A stretch of DNA of 45,130 bases, from sequence record MK373771.1; one strand, 5' to 3'. The notes under the pieces are model-generated. The model was given only the letters and a program-made list of their open reading frames with translations, made no database searches and was not told where the DNA came from. Numbering within the stretch: position 1 is the first letter of the stretch; each line of letters begins with the position of its first letter. Positions 27,845-37,935 of this stretch are shown here, one piece after another. Origin of the DNA: Escherichia phage vB_EcoP_R4596. The position numbers and the translations under genes were made by a program.

Positions 27845-30787
27845 ATGGCAATTGAACGTCAAGCTGTACAAGGACTAGAAAGAGTACAGTCAAGGGGCGC
27901 GCCAACACCTATGTCTTTCACACCACGACAAGTGAGTATCTCAGGGGGCGCGGATGCCTCCGGTAGTAGATTTTTGGAAGACTTAGTAAACGCTGCAAGT
28001 AGTGTGGCTGATGTCACTACTGCTATCCTTAATCAGCAAGTAGAAGACGATAAGGTTCGCCAGATGGATAGGGCTTTGTCTGGCATGATGCCTTCTGAGG
28101 ATGCTACGGTAGGTGGTGCTCGTGCGCATATGCTGGTTAGTTTACAAAATGATGTAATCGCACAGACAACTGCGCTACAAGTAGAAGCACAGCGATTTCA
28201 AGGTAGTGACGAGGATTGGGAAAACTATGTAGTTCAATCTCGTAATGAGGTACAAAATAGGTTATGGCAAAGTTATCCAGAGCTTCGTGGTGACAAAGAT
28301 TCTATGAGACTTGTCACTAACGCGTTCATGGAGCAGCAACCTAGAATTACTGCAACTAGAGCAGAGGCTAAACTTCGTCAAGAAGAAGAAGCACGAATGC
28401 AATCTATGCAGTCTCGTATTATCATGGCTACACGGGACGTAGCGCCAGATGCCACTGGTGCAGCACTCATCCAGTTACAAAAAGAAGCACTGGCGATGGG
28501 TCTTAGTAAACCTGAGTTTGATCAGATGGTTGCTAAGATTGCATCTGACAGAGCGGCAGTAGGAGATGATAGTCTTATTCAGGGAACCAAAGCACTGGTG
28601 GATGATAAGGGTGTCTCTTTGTATGACCGTGTTGGTGCTTTGCAAACTGGAGAGATTCAAGCTAACAGAGCTTGGGCTGCGCAGAATCAGGTTGCCCTCT
28701 TTGAGAAGAAGGATGCAGCTATAAAGGCATTCGATGCAGGGCAACTTACTCGTGAAGAGTTACTTCAGGTGATGCAGAATCACAATGAATTGACTGGTGG
28801 TACTGCTTGGTCTGATAGCGAGATCAAGGCTATCTTCGATAGGCAAGCTAAGGCTAATGCAGAGAAAGCAAAGCTCGAAGATCTTATTGCACGAGGTGAA
28901 TCTGGGTCGCCTTTAGGTTTACAGGATATTAGTAAGGATGACAGAAAATCCTATGCTGAAGCCTTAGTTAGTACCTACACTAAGTTGGCAGAAGATGAAA
29001 TTGCCCGTACTGGTGCAACGGGAGAACAGGCTGAAGCTATTCGCGGTAGGTATGAGCAGATGCGTTATCTTAAATTAGGGCAACAACTTATTGAAGACCC
29101 AATCATTAAGGAAAGATATTCGTCGCTTATGCAATTATCCTCTGCCAACCTTAAAGATATGAATGTTGAGCCTGAAGCATTACAGACCATCATGCGAGCG
29201 CGGGACTCTATTCCAGAGGATGCACGTCGTGCTGTCATGGGAGACAAAGAGTATGCCTTTGTAGAGAACTACGACCTAGCAACTCGCATGGGGTATAACG
29301 CAGGTCAAGCTATTGAGTTTGCACAGAATGCCTCTCGTGGAGAGAAGCTACAAGGTTCTGTACTTAAAGAACTGAATGATGATGTAGATGGAGTTGTAAG
29401 TGATGTGGCAGGAGGTAGTTGGCTTACTCGTGGCGATAATATGAGTGAGATGGGTCGTGACATTATGATGGAGGAGGCAAGTACAATTGCGAGAGCAATG
29501 AAGGTTGCAGGTCATAATAATGACACGATTAAACGTCATCTTAAATCCTATTTGACGAGCCAGTATACACAGTTATCAGAGGGCTTCTTCACCCAAGGTG
29601 TTCTGGTGAAAGGTGATGTACGAACATTAGGTGACACTATAGGAGTAAACCAGAATGACCTTCCTATGGCGCTACGTCAATATATGGATAACAACAAGCA
29701 AGCACTTCTTGATGCATCAGGTGGCTTAGAAGAGGGTGATTTGTATTTTGATGTAGATGCGCAGCGGGGACTCTTTACCATACGTGCAGGGTCTGGTCGT
29801 GTACCTGTTACGCAGGCAATGCCTTTGTCTGAAATCAAAGGGCAGTCCTTGCTTAAGCAAAGATATGATGCAGAGGTTAAAGCCCGTGATGAGGGGCGTA
29901 AGAATTTTGAAGCACAGCAAATGAGGATGTGGGGCGCAGGTGGCTACCAAGCACAACCACCTGCAAAGACTACAGCCAAAACTGTAGGCTCCCGTGGGAT
30001 TGCTGACTTCTTAATGTCACCTGCCTTTGCATCAGGCGAGAATCTACCAGCAAACTTTGAGTTTGGATATAAGAGGAATAATATGGACTTCTACAATTAT
30101 GTAGCCAAGATGGAGAATAATGCCAATGTGGGCTTTGACCGAGTAGCTGGTGTTTATACACCATACAAAGATGCACATGGTCAATCTGTCGGGTACGGTC
30201 ACTTCCTTACTACTGAAGAGAAGAAGAACGGATACATTATGATTGGTACAGAGAAAGTGCCATTCACTCCGGGACAATCTCAATTAACACCAGAACGAGC
30301 CATGCGCCTTCTACAGCAAGACTTGAAGAGTCATGTGCCAAACACTTCAGGGTGGGCTGTTCCATTCGAAGAGATGCACCCAGGTGTTCAGCGTGGCCTT
30401 ATGGACTTGTCCTATAATTTAGGCAAAGGAGGTATCCAGAATGCACCTAAAGCCTATGCTGCGTTTAAGGCTGGCAAGTTTACTGATGGATTTATTGAGA
30501 TGTTATCTACTGCATCTACTGAAGGTAAGCGTAGTACTGGGTTGTTGGTTCGTAGGGCAGAAGCATACAACCTTGCACAGAGTGGAGGTGCTATTCCTAA
30601 GATTAGTGAAGTAGAGACACGAGCCGATGGGTCTATGTATGTTAAGTTTGCAGGACAGATGTCAGAGGCTTTCGTAAATAAATCAATCTACAATCAGATT
30701 GGTAAGGATGGATGGCTGCAAGTGTACCCTCCAAAACAAGGTGTACTTGCACCTAACACCAAGATTGGTAGAATCAAACTAAGCTAG
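27845..30787 (+). CDS. Internal virion protein with C-terminal lysozyme-like (GH24) domain
   Basis: Position; C-terminal MENNANVGFDRVAGVYTPYKDAHGQSVGYGHFLT...GVQRGLMDLSYNLGKGG resembles the T4-lysozyme Glu/Asp/Thr core as recalled. Confidence 0.75.
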   Translation: MAIERQAVQGLERVQSRGAPTPMSFTPRQVSISGGADASGSRFLEDLVNAASSVADVTTAILNQQVEDDKVRQMDRALSGMMPSEDATVGGARAHMLVSLQNDVIAQTTALQVEAQRFQGSDEDWENYVVQSRNEVQNRLWQSYPELRGDKDSMRLVTNAFMEQQPRITATRAEAKLRQEEEARMQSMQSRIIMATRDVAPDATGAALIQLQKEALAMGLSKPEFDQMVAKIASDRAAVGDDSLIQGTKALVDDKGVSLYDRVGALQTGEIQANRAWAAQNQVALFEKKDAAIKAFDAGQLTREELLQVMQNHNELTGGTAWSDSEIKAIFDRQAKANAEKAKLEDLIARGESGSPLGLQDISKDDRKSYAEALVSTYTKLAEDEIARTGATGEQAEAIRGRYEQMRYLKLGQQLIEDPIIKERYSSLMQLSSANLKDMNVEPEALQTIMRARDSIPEDARRAVMGDKEYAFVENYDLATRMGYNAGQAIEFAQNASRGEKLQGSVLKELNDDVDGVVSDVAGGSWLTRGDNMSEMGRDIMMEEASTIARAMKVAGHNNDTIKRHLKSYLTSQYTQLSEGFFTQGVLVKGDVRTLGDTIGVNQNDLPMALRQYMDNNKQALLDASGGLEEGDLYFDVDAQRGLFTIRAGSGRVPVTQAMPLSEIKGQSLLKQRYDAEVKARDEGRKNFEAQQMRMWGAGGYQAQPPAKTTAKTVGSRGIADFLMSPAFASGENLPANFEFGYKRNNMDFYNYVAKMENNANVGFDRVAGVYTPYKDAHGQSVGYGHFLTTEEKKNGYIMIGTEKVPFTPGQSQLTPERAMRLLQQDLKSHVPNTSGWAVPFEEMHPGVQRGLMDLSYNLGKGGIQNAPKAYAAFKAGKFTDGFIEMLSTASTEGKRSTGLLVRRAEAYNLAQSGGAIPKISEVETRADGSMYVKFAGQMSEAFVNKSIYNQIGKDGWLQVYPPKQGVLAPNTKIGRIKLS
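29624..29646 (+). promoter_or_regulatory. Candidate intragenic phage-RNAP promoter
   Basis: CATTAGGTGACACTATAGGAG matches the SP6-type core TTAGGTGACACTATAG. Confidence 0.4.
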
Positions 30788-30804
30788 TGGTATACTCAAG
30801 GTTT

Positions 30805-30820
30805 GTCTCACATGTGAGAC
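30805..30820. repeat. 16-bp perfect palindrome GTCTCACATGTGAGAC (copy f)
   Basis: Read directly; between two internal virion protein genes; flanks AAGG...CCTT and a following TTTATGAAT shared with the hairpin at 12648. Confidence 0.9.
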
Positions 30821-30854
30821 ATGCCTTTATGAATGACACTGACTAGGAGGTAAC

Positions 30855-33800
30855 ATGGTTGATAGTATTAACCAAAACTGGGTGGCGGTGACTCAACGCA
30901 AGTTACCGCCTACCTTCTCTCAAATTGCTGAAGCTGAGCGTAAGGCTGAAGCCCAGAGAGCTAATGATAAAGTGTTTCAAACAGCATTAGAAAGTGAGTG
31001 GGCTTTATATGGCGGACAACGTGCCTATGAACGCCACACTACAGAGTTTGCTGAACAAGAAGGCTATGAAGTGCCTGAGTCAACTAAGGATGAGTTATCC
31101 AAGTTGTATGGGTATGAAATAGCGCAAGACATAGTTAAGAATGTAAAGTCTCCAGAAGAGTTGCAATTCCGTATGTCTAATGCTGCTGCTGATAAAGACA
31201 GAGCAGACATCTTAGCACGTAATGGTTTCACGGGTTTCAGCGCGCAGATTGCTGCTGGCATCCTTGACCCTGTAGGTTGGGCTGCATCCTTAGTGGCTGC
31301 GCCTGTAGCGGGTGCTGTCAAAGTAGGTAGGCTAGGTAGGATTATCAAGACGGCTGCCTTATCAGGTGCTGAAAATGCTGCATTAGAAGCTATACTTGCA
31401 CAAGGTGATTACCAGCGAGGGGTTGATGATGTACTGGCTGCTGCCGGATTTGGTATGATTATGGGCGGCACTATTGGTGCTGCAACCAGAGAGCGCATAG
31501 CCAGTGCTGGTTCTCGTACAGCGGCAGAACGAGCAGATGCTGTAGTTGATGACTTGGACACTGTAGTAAAAGGTGCTGATGAATTTGACTCGTCTGCGGC
31601 TCGTGCTGTACGTGAAGCTATGGAATATGACGCGTATATGGCAGCGCGTAATTACGAACCACTTCGTGCAAGAGAGGTAGATGCAGACATGGCGATTCTG
31701 TCTCACACAGACAATTTGAAAGCCAATGCATCGGTAAGGATGAGTGCTAGTGAGAAAGGGCAACTGAAGAAGCAGATACGTCAGCTTGAAGCAGAAGCAG
31801 CAACACTTAAAGGGAAGAAGATAGACACTGTAGCGGAAGCTGCGGCTGCTAAGGGTGCACCTAAATCTGCTGCTGACAGATTAGATTTGGATGTTCAGAA
31901 GAAAGCATTAGCACGTAGATTTGATGAACCACTGGCAGACTTACAAGCGCGTCTTGATGAGTTGAATGCTAAATTGTCTCGTGTAAACAATGTAGGCAAA
32001 GCCAAGGAAGAGCTTAAGAGATTCTCATCGCTATCTCGTGAAGAGCAAATAAAGGAGTTAGGTCTAGACGCACCAGTGCGCAAGGTAGAGATGACCCGTG
32101 CCGTGCGAGATGCAATTGACGCAATCCGTGCCGAGCGTAAGAAGACGCCTACCGAAATACATGCTGAACAAGTCGCAGAAGATGCAATTAAGCAAAGGGC
32201 AGACGACTCTGTTGGTGCTAAACGTGTTGAAGGTTCAGAGATTGCAGGTGAACAGTTTGACCTATCTAAAAACATGGAAGAACTTATGGATGACTTGGCA
32301 CGAGAAGCATACCAGTCAGAGGTGCGGCCTATTAATCTTAAGGGTTTAGGTTCAGTGTCTTCTGTGATTCTTAACTCAGAGAATCCTGTGTTCCGAGGCC
32401 TAGGTCTTCGTCTGCTTGAAAATGCTCAAGGTGGTGCATATCAAGGTAAGACAGCTTCTATCTTATCAGATGTGTATGGCAACCTTATTCGTCATGCAGA
32501 ACGTAACAGATACAATGATGGCTTCTCTCAGTTCATCAAAGATAATAACCTACGTGCGGTAGATTATCTTAACCCTGCAACGACAAGGGATTTCAATAAT
32601 CAGATTTATACAGCAATTGTTCGTGGCATACCAGAAGATACACCTCGTGGTGTTAAACTGGCAGCCGAAGGTATTGCAGATAAGCTCAAGAAAGCACTGG
32701 AGATTCGTAAGCAAGCAGGTGAGCGAGGCTTCGAGGATGTGCAATCTGCTAAAGATTATATTCCCGTTATCTACGATGGTATCAAGATCACAGAGGCAGT
32801 TAACAAGTTAGGTAGTAGTGAAGCTGTCATTCACTTGCTATCTAAAGGGTATCAGACAGGCAAGTACAAACTTGGCAAGAAAGCTGCTGATGCACTAGCC
32901 AAAGTTCAGTATATTCGCGCATCTGACTCCACCCTCTCTAGTCGTGTTGCATTCGATAGAGTAGTATCCCAGCAGCAGCAGGCTCAATTGATTGAGGATC
33001 TGAAGAGAGCAGGAGTACCAGACCATATCATTGATAATTTCATTGAAGGTACGGAATTAGCAGAAATGGCTGAATCGGTATCCAATCGAGCTAAAGCTAG
33101 CATGGGTATTAATACGCAAGCCGAATATGGCGGTTTGAAGGTGCAGGATTTGCTTAATACAAACGTAGGCGAGCTAGCTGAGAACTACGGCAAAGAGGCA
33201 GCAGGCGGTGCTGCATTAGCTGCCATGGGTTTCCCCACTCGCCAGTCTGTGCTGAATGCGATAGATGCCGCAGAACGCGCAGGTCGTAATATGGCGGGGT
33301 CAAATGCTAAGGCAATCAAACAGCTTAGAGCTGAGGCAGAAATGCTCAGAGATGCCGTTAAGCTCATTTACGGCAACACTATTGACGCCGACCCTAACTC
33401 TGGAATTGTCAGAGGCACTCGACGTGTCCGTGAGATTACAGGCTTGTTACGATTGGGTCAAATGGGCTTCGCTCAGATACCAGAACTGGCACGTGCAATC
33501 TCTAAGATGGGATTAGGTACTGTGCTGAAGTCCATACCTGCCACGAAGTTCTTACGTTCAAGGGCGGCTCGTAAGGGAGGAACAGCTCAAGGTGAATTAC
33601 TTGAACCTGAACTGCGAGAAATGGAGGAACTCTTAGGCTATATCGGGGAAGATAACTGGCTTACAGGGTGGAACGTCCGTCATGATGAGTTCGGAGAAAC
33701 TGCTGATAACCTAGGTAAGCTGTCTGCTATTATTGATAACGGATTAGCTATGGGTAGTAGAATCAACACAATACTCTCTGGATTTAAAGCAGTACAAGGT

Positions 33801-34658
33801 GGTTCAGAGAAAATTGTAGCTCGCTCTATCAATAAGAGATTAAAGCAGCACTTGATGGGTGAGAGACAATTACCTAAAGCAGACCTTGAAGAAGTAGGCC
33901 TAAGTGAAGATGTCATGAAAAGACTTAAGCGTCACTTTGATGACAACCCTCTGTACGCTGAGTACAATGGAGAAAAAGTTCGTATGCTGAACTTTGATGC
34001 TATGGAGCCAGACCTGAGAGAGACAGTGGGTGTTGCTGTGCGAAGAATGTCAGGCCGTCTTATTCAACGTAACTTCATTGGCGATGAAGGTATCTGGATG
34101 AATAAATGGTGGGGCAAGGCATTAACGCAGTTTAAGTCATTCTCTATTGTCTCTATTGAGAAACAGCTAATCCATGATTTACGAGGTGATAAGATTCAGG
34201 CTGCACAGATACTTGCATGGTCTACTTTACTAGGTTATGCATCTTATGCACTACAGATGCAGATGCAAGCGATTGGTAGGGAGGATAGAGACAAGTTCTT
34301 GAGGGATAAGTTTGACACACAGAACATCGCTATGGGTGTCTTTAATAAACTTCCACAAGTTGCAGGCTTTGGTTTAGCTGGTGATGCTTTGGCAACCTTT
34401 GGCCTAATGCCAGACTCCATGATGCAAGCACCGGGACGCATGGGTTTCCGTCAGCAAGGCTTTGGGGATTTGGTAGCAGGTGCTGGTGTAATAAGTGATA
34501 CAGTTAATTTGTCACAAGCACTGGTTAAGTATGCCAGTGGAGACGATGATGTCTCTACGAGGCAGTTGGTAGACAAGGTTCGTCGCCTTGTTCCTTTGGC
34601 AAATACTATTGGTGTGGGTCAGATGACTAAAGCCAGTGTAGATTTATTGGAGGATTGA
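30855..34658 (+). CDS. Large internal virion protein (gp16-like, 1267 aa)
   Basis: Size and position match T7 gp16; GGAGG ribosome-binding site. Confidence 0.8.
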   Translation: MVDSINQNWVAVTQRKLPPTFSQIAEAERKAEAQRANDKVFQTALESEWALYGGQRAYERHTTEFAEQEGYEVPESTKDELSKLYGYEIAQDIVKNVKSPEELQFRMSNAAADKDRADILARNGFTGFSAQIAAGILDPVGWAASLVAAPVAGAVKVGRLGRIIKTAALSGAENAALEAILAQGDYQRGVDDVLAAAGFGMIMGGTIGAATRERIASAGSRTAAERADAVVDDLDTVVKGADEFDSSAARAVREAMEYDAYMAARNYEPLRAREVDADMAILSHTDNLKANASVRMSASEKGQLKKQIRQLEAEAATLKGKKIDTVAEAAAAKGAPKSAADRLDLDVQKKALARRFDEPLADLQARLDELNAKLSRVNNVGKAKEELKRFSSLSREEQIKELGLDAPVRKVEMTRAVRDAIDAIRAERKKTPTEIHAEQVAEDAIKQRADDSVGAKRVEGSEIAGEQFDLSKNMEELMDDLAREAYQSEVRPINLKGLGSVSSVILNSENPVFRGLGLRLLENAQGGAYQGKTASILSDVYGNLIRHAERNRYNDGFSQFIKDNNLRAVDYLNPATTRDFNNQIYTAIVRGIPEDTPRGVKLAAEGIADKLKKALEIRKQAGERGFEDVQSAKDYIPVIYDGIKITEAVNKLGSSEAVIHLLSKGYQTGKYKLGKKAADALAKVQYIRASDSTLSSRVAFDRVVSQQQQAQLIEDLKRAGVPDHIIDNFIEGTELAEMAESVSNRAKASMGINTQAEYGGLKVQDLLNTNVGELAENYGKEAAGGAALAAMGFPTRQSVLNAIDAAERAGRNMAGSNAKAIKQLRAEAEMLRDAVKLIYGNTIDADPNSGIVRGTRRVREITGLLRLGQMGFAQIPELARAISKMGLGTVLKSIPATKFLRSRAARKGGTAQGELLEPELREMEELLGYIGEDNWLTGWNVRHDEFGETADNLGKLSAIIDNGLAMGSRINTILSGFKAVQGGSEKIVARSINKRLKQHLMGERQLPKADLEEVGLSEDVMKRLKRHFDDNPLYAEYNGEKVRMLNFDAMEPDLRETVGVAVRRMSGRLIQRNFIGDEGIWMNKWWGKALTQFKSFSIVSIEKQLIHDLRGDKIQAAQILAWSTLLGYASYALQMQMQAIGREDRDKFLRDKFDTQNIAMGVFNKLPQVAGFGLAGDALATFGLMPDSMMQAPGRMGFRQQGFGDLVAGAGVISDTVNLSQALVKYASGDDDVSTRQLVDKVRRLVPLANTIGVGQMTKASVDLLED

Positions 34659-37600
34659 TGAGTTATACATATACAGACCATGTAGCTAATGGCTCACAGG
34701 TTACATTCCCTTTTCGTTTTGCAGGCAGAGATAAGGCATACATTAGTGCGACAGATGTCCAAGTGGGTTTTGTAGAAGCAGGCACTTGGCTGCCAGCAAC
34801 AGGTTGGACGCTAAGTGGCACCAATCAGATCACTTTCTTAACCCCACCGACAGAAGGTAAACAAATACGAATCAGACGTATTGTAGATAAAATAAACCCA
34901 TATGCTTACTTCGAGCGGGGTAATGTTTTAGATATTAACTCTTTAAATAACTCATTCATTAAGAACCTGCAAGTCAGTCAAGAAATCCTTGATGGCTTCT
35001 TCCCAGAAGGTTTCTACTTCAAGACAGACTTAGACATGGGTGGTCATAAGATTATAAACCTACATGAGGGTTCTGAGTCAGGTGATGCTGTAAATTATGA
35101 TCAGTTTAAAGAGTTATCAGACCGCGTTAATGAGATTGAATCAGATTTAACAGGTTTGTCTCACAGAACAGTACCTATGTACTATATCGCAACTGGTGGA
35201 GAGTCACGTTGGGAGATCGGTCACTGGACTTTCGACGCTGCAATATTGTTTATTAATGGTGTATTCCAGAACCAAAACCTAGGAGCTTTTACCATCAGCA
35301 ACAACGGTTTTAACTTTGCAGAACCATTGCAGAAGGGGGATGAAGTATATGCCCTTGTAGGAAGCCGCATTGCAGCACCCGATGAGTATGTAACAATCTC
35401 TGACTTGAAAGACCCAGATAAAGCATGGAGGCTAATTGGACGTAAGTACCCATTTGCGACAGATGGAACTTTTATGTCAAAAGTGGTACATGATGTAGAC
35501 TACTCCAATATCTTCATTGGAGCATCAGGACTTAGTCAAGGCTTCTGTATTGTAGACACTCCGCAAGGTGCTCGCATGTTCTTCCATCAACCTATCCCAA
35601 GCACTAATAAGGTTCGTTTCGTTGAAACAACCTTTAACCCTGAAGGGGATAATGAAAATCCTTCTGTTATTTCATTCAGCCAGGAACTGGATGATATTGG
35701 ACACCAGACTGTGTGTGGTGTATATGAGGCGGGGGGTGTGCGTTTGTACACCTTGAGTGCAGATGAAAAATCTTATTATATCATAGATTGGTTAGGTAAT
35801 AATACGTCTAATACACATATGCGTAAGGTGCAGATCCCTACGGAGGGTATCTACTCTAAGGACCTATTTGTCTCAGTGGGCATGTCAGAAGATACTAAAA
35901 CGCTGGTATTCCATGCAACCACCAATACTCAGGCTTTTGGTAACAAGGATGATGCGAGAGCTATTTACCTCTTCGATAGAAAAACATTGGATTCAACCTC
36001 AACTAGAGGTCTTAAGCGTAGATTCGAAGTAGGAGCACCTGCTGCACCAGATATGGCCTTCCAAGGGGTTGCTTGTGATGACCGCTTCTTGTATATATAT
36101 CATGGATATAATGGTGTCCTGCTGTCTCACAAGATCTCCGTCTTCACCCTCTCAGGGGAGCATGTACGGGATATTCCCGTTGATAGTGTGCGTGTAAAAT
36201 ATGGAGAAAGGATGTATGGTGACGCAGATTTAGGATACCCTGTGTTGCAGGAACCGGAAGGTTTGGCAATGTATAAAGGGAAACTTTATATGTTGTGCAT
36301 GGATTTCTGGTACAAAAATGCAAGTGTAGTTACTTTCGCTGGAAGGACTTTTGCTACAAGAAAATCTTCAGCGTTTTCTGGGTACAGCCCATTACAATCC
36401 TCATACTGGACACCTACGAACCTAATACCACCTACGGGTGCACCAGAGTATAACAAGACTGCTACTTATTCCTGCTCTAATGCTACTAAGCTCAGTAAAG
36501 CTATTGTTAGCTTAGAAATAGATGATGGCACAGGCTTCCCTGCAAGTGTTGGGTGTTCTTTGCCAGAGAGTAGCGCCAGTGTATACCTAAACAACCGAGC
36601 GATGAATATGGCTATTGGCCCGAATGAAAACTTCCAGTTTGGGGTATTTCACCAGAACCTACAGTCATACAAAAACCTGTTACAGCTCAATAGAGAGAAC
36701 CCAAATACGGATGGATCAGCGGCTGTGTGGAGGTTGTTCGGAGGTGCGTTCACAGATGACATTCAGAATGAAAGATTTGTTCAGATTAAGCATAGACTTA
36801 ATCCCACACAAGATGCCATGGAGCTTCGTGCGGATGTTGACCTTACGAGCGGTGGTGGGATTAACTTGTATTCTATGAACGACTCTGCCTCTCCTGGTCG
36901 AGTAAGGCTATATTGTACTGACGGGTATTCTTATTGGTCAGCTCTACTGAGTCCTGCATCCCCATCTTTTCACCCTGATCAAGATAAGACTCTAAACTTA
37001 GGTACAGCAAACAACCGTTGGAACCTAGTCCATTGTCAAGGTATCCGTATCATCTCTAACGACGAGTTACAGAAGCAAGTCTTTCTTGAAACTACCCGTA
37101 AAAAAGGTGCACTACAGATCTCCACTTCCGGCAATCTAGGGGTGTGGGATAGTAGCGCAGGTACTTATGTTGTGGCAACCAGACCTGATGGTACAGGCTT
37201 TTCACAGGTAGAGATGAGCTTCAAAGGTGATGTTTTTCCTGAAATAAATAATACTTACAATTTAGGTCGTGAGAATAAGGCATGGGCTAATGCCTACTTT
37301 CAAAACGCACCGACTGTTGTCTGTGATGCCAGACTTAAAACAGATGCTAGGGAGTTAACAGCCGCAGAGAAATCCGCATTCTTAGAGATCTCTAAACTTC
37401 CGGCAGTTTGGCAATGGCTTGCTAAACTGGAAGTAGAAGGAGAGGATGCCCGCTTACACTCTGGATGTACTGTCCAAGCTGCTATCTCGGTTATGGAGAA
37501 ACATGGCCTAGATTGGACTAAGTATAGTGCTTTCTGTTATGACAAATGGGATGCCAAGGAGGCTGTCTATGATATAGTGGATGGTAAGGCTATCCTTGTT

Positions 37601-37741
37601 GAAGAGGCAGTTGAGGCTGGCGACCGTTATCGTCTTCGTAGAGAAGAGCTGATGTGGTGGTGCATGAAGGCACAGAATGCTTGGATTGAATCTATTGAGG
37701 GGAGGCTGGCGAAATTAGAAGATAAACTCAAGGAGGTGTAA
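34658..37741 (+). CDS. Tail fiber with T7 gp17-like N-terminal anchor and C-terminal intramolecular chaperone-like (peptidase S74-type) domain
   Basis: N-terminus YTYTDHVANGSQVTFPFRF...ISATDVQV...IRIRRIV follows the T7 gp17 adaptor pattern; C-terminal CDARLKTDARELTAAEKSAFLEISKL resembles the SDxRxK autoprocessing motif. Confidence 0.8.
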   Translation: MSYTYTDHVANGSQVTFPFRFAGRDKAYISATDVQVGFVEAGTWLPATGWTLSGTNQITFLTPPTEGKQIRIRRIVDKINPYAYFERGNVLDINSLNNSFIKNLQVSQEILDGFFPEGFYFKTDLDMGGHKIINLHEGSESGDAVNYDQFKELSDRVNEIESDLTGLSHRTVPMYYIATGGESRWEIGHWTFDAAILFINGVFQNQNLGAFTISNNGFNFAEPLQKGDEVYALVGSRIAAPDEYVTISDLKDPDKAWRLIGRKYPFATDGTFMSKVVHDVDYSNIFIGASGLSQGFCIVDTPQGARMFFHQPIPSTNKVRFVETTFNPEGDNENPSVISFSQELDDIGHQTVCGVYEAGGVRLYTLSADEKSYYIIDWLGNNTSNTHMRKVQIPTEGIYSKDLFVSVGMSEDTKTLVFHATTNTQAFGNKDDARAIYLFDRKTLDSTSTRGLKRRFEVGAPAAPDMAFQGVACDDRFLYIYHGYNGVLLSHKISVFTLSGEHVRDIPVDSVRVKYGERMYGDADLGYPVLQEPEGLAMYKGKLYMLCMDFWYKNASVVTFAGRTFATRKSSAFSGYSPLQSSYWTPTNLIPPTGAPEYNKTATYSCSNATKLSKAIVSLEIDDGTGFPASVGCSLPESSASVYLNNRAMNMAIGPNENFQFGVFHQNLQSYKNLLQLNRENPNTDGSAAVWRLFGGAFTDDIQNERFVQIKHRLNPTQDAMELRADVDLTSGGGINLYSMNDSASPGRVRLYCTDGYSYWSALLSPASPSFHPDQDKTLNLGTANNRWNLVHCQGIRIISNDELQKQVFLETTRKKGALQISTSGNLGVWDSSAGTYVVATRPDGTGFSQVEMSFKGDVFPEINNTYNLGRENKAWANAYFQNAPTVVCDARLKTDARELTAAEKSAFLEISKLPAVWQWLAKLEVEGEDARLHSGCTVQAAISVMEKHGLDWTKYSAFCYDKWDAKEAVYDIVDGKAILVEEAVEAGDRYRLRREELMWWCMKAQNAWIESIEGRLAKLEDKLKEV

Positions 37742-37935
37742 TGATAAACTCCGAACTGGTAGATAATGGTGTGAAGCTGGCGCCACCTGCATTAGTCTCA
37801 GGTGGGTACTTCCTCGGTATCAGTTGGGACAATTGGGTACTGATAGCAACATTCATTTATACAGTGTTGCAGATTGGCGATTGGTTCTATACTAAATATA
37901 CAATATGGAGGAATAAGCATGAGCGTGCACAATAA
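37741..37935 (+). CDS. Class II holin (T7 gp17.5-like)
   Basis: DNWVLIATFIYTVLQIGDWFYTK resembles T7 gp17.5 NEWFYVAAIAYTVVQIGAKVVDK as recalled; follows the tail fiber gene. Confidence 0.7.
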   Translation: MINSELVDNGVKLAPPALVSGGYFLGISWDNWVLIATFIYTVLQIGDWFYTKYTIWRNKHERAQ

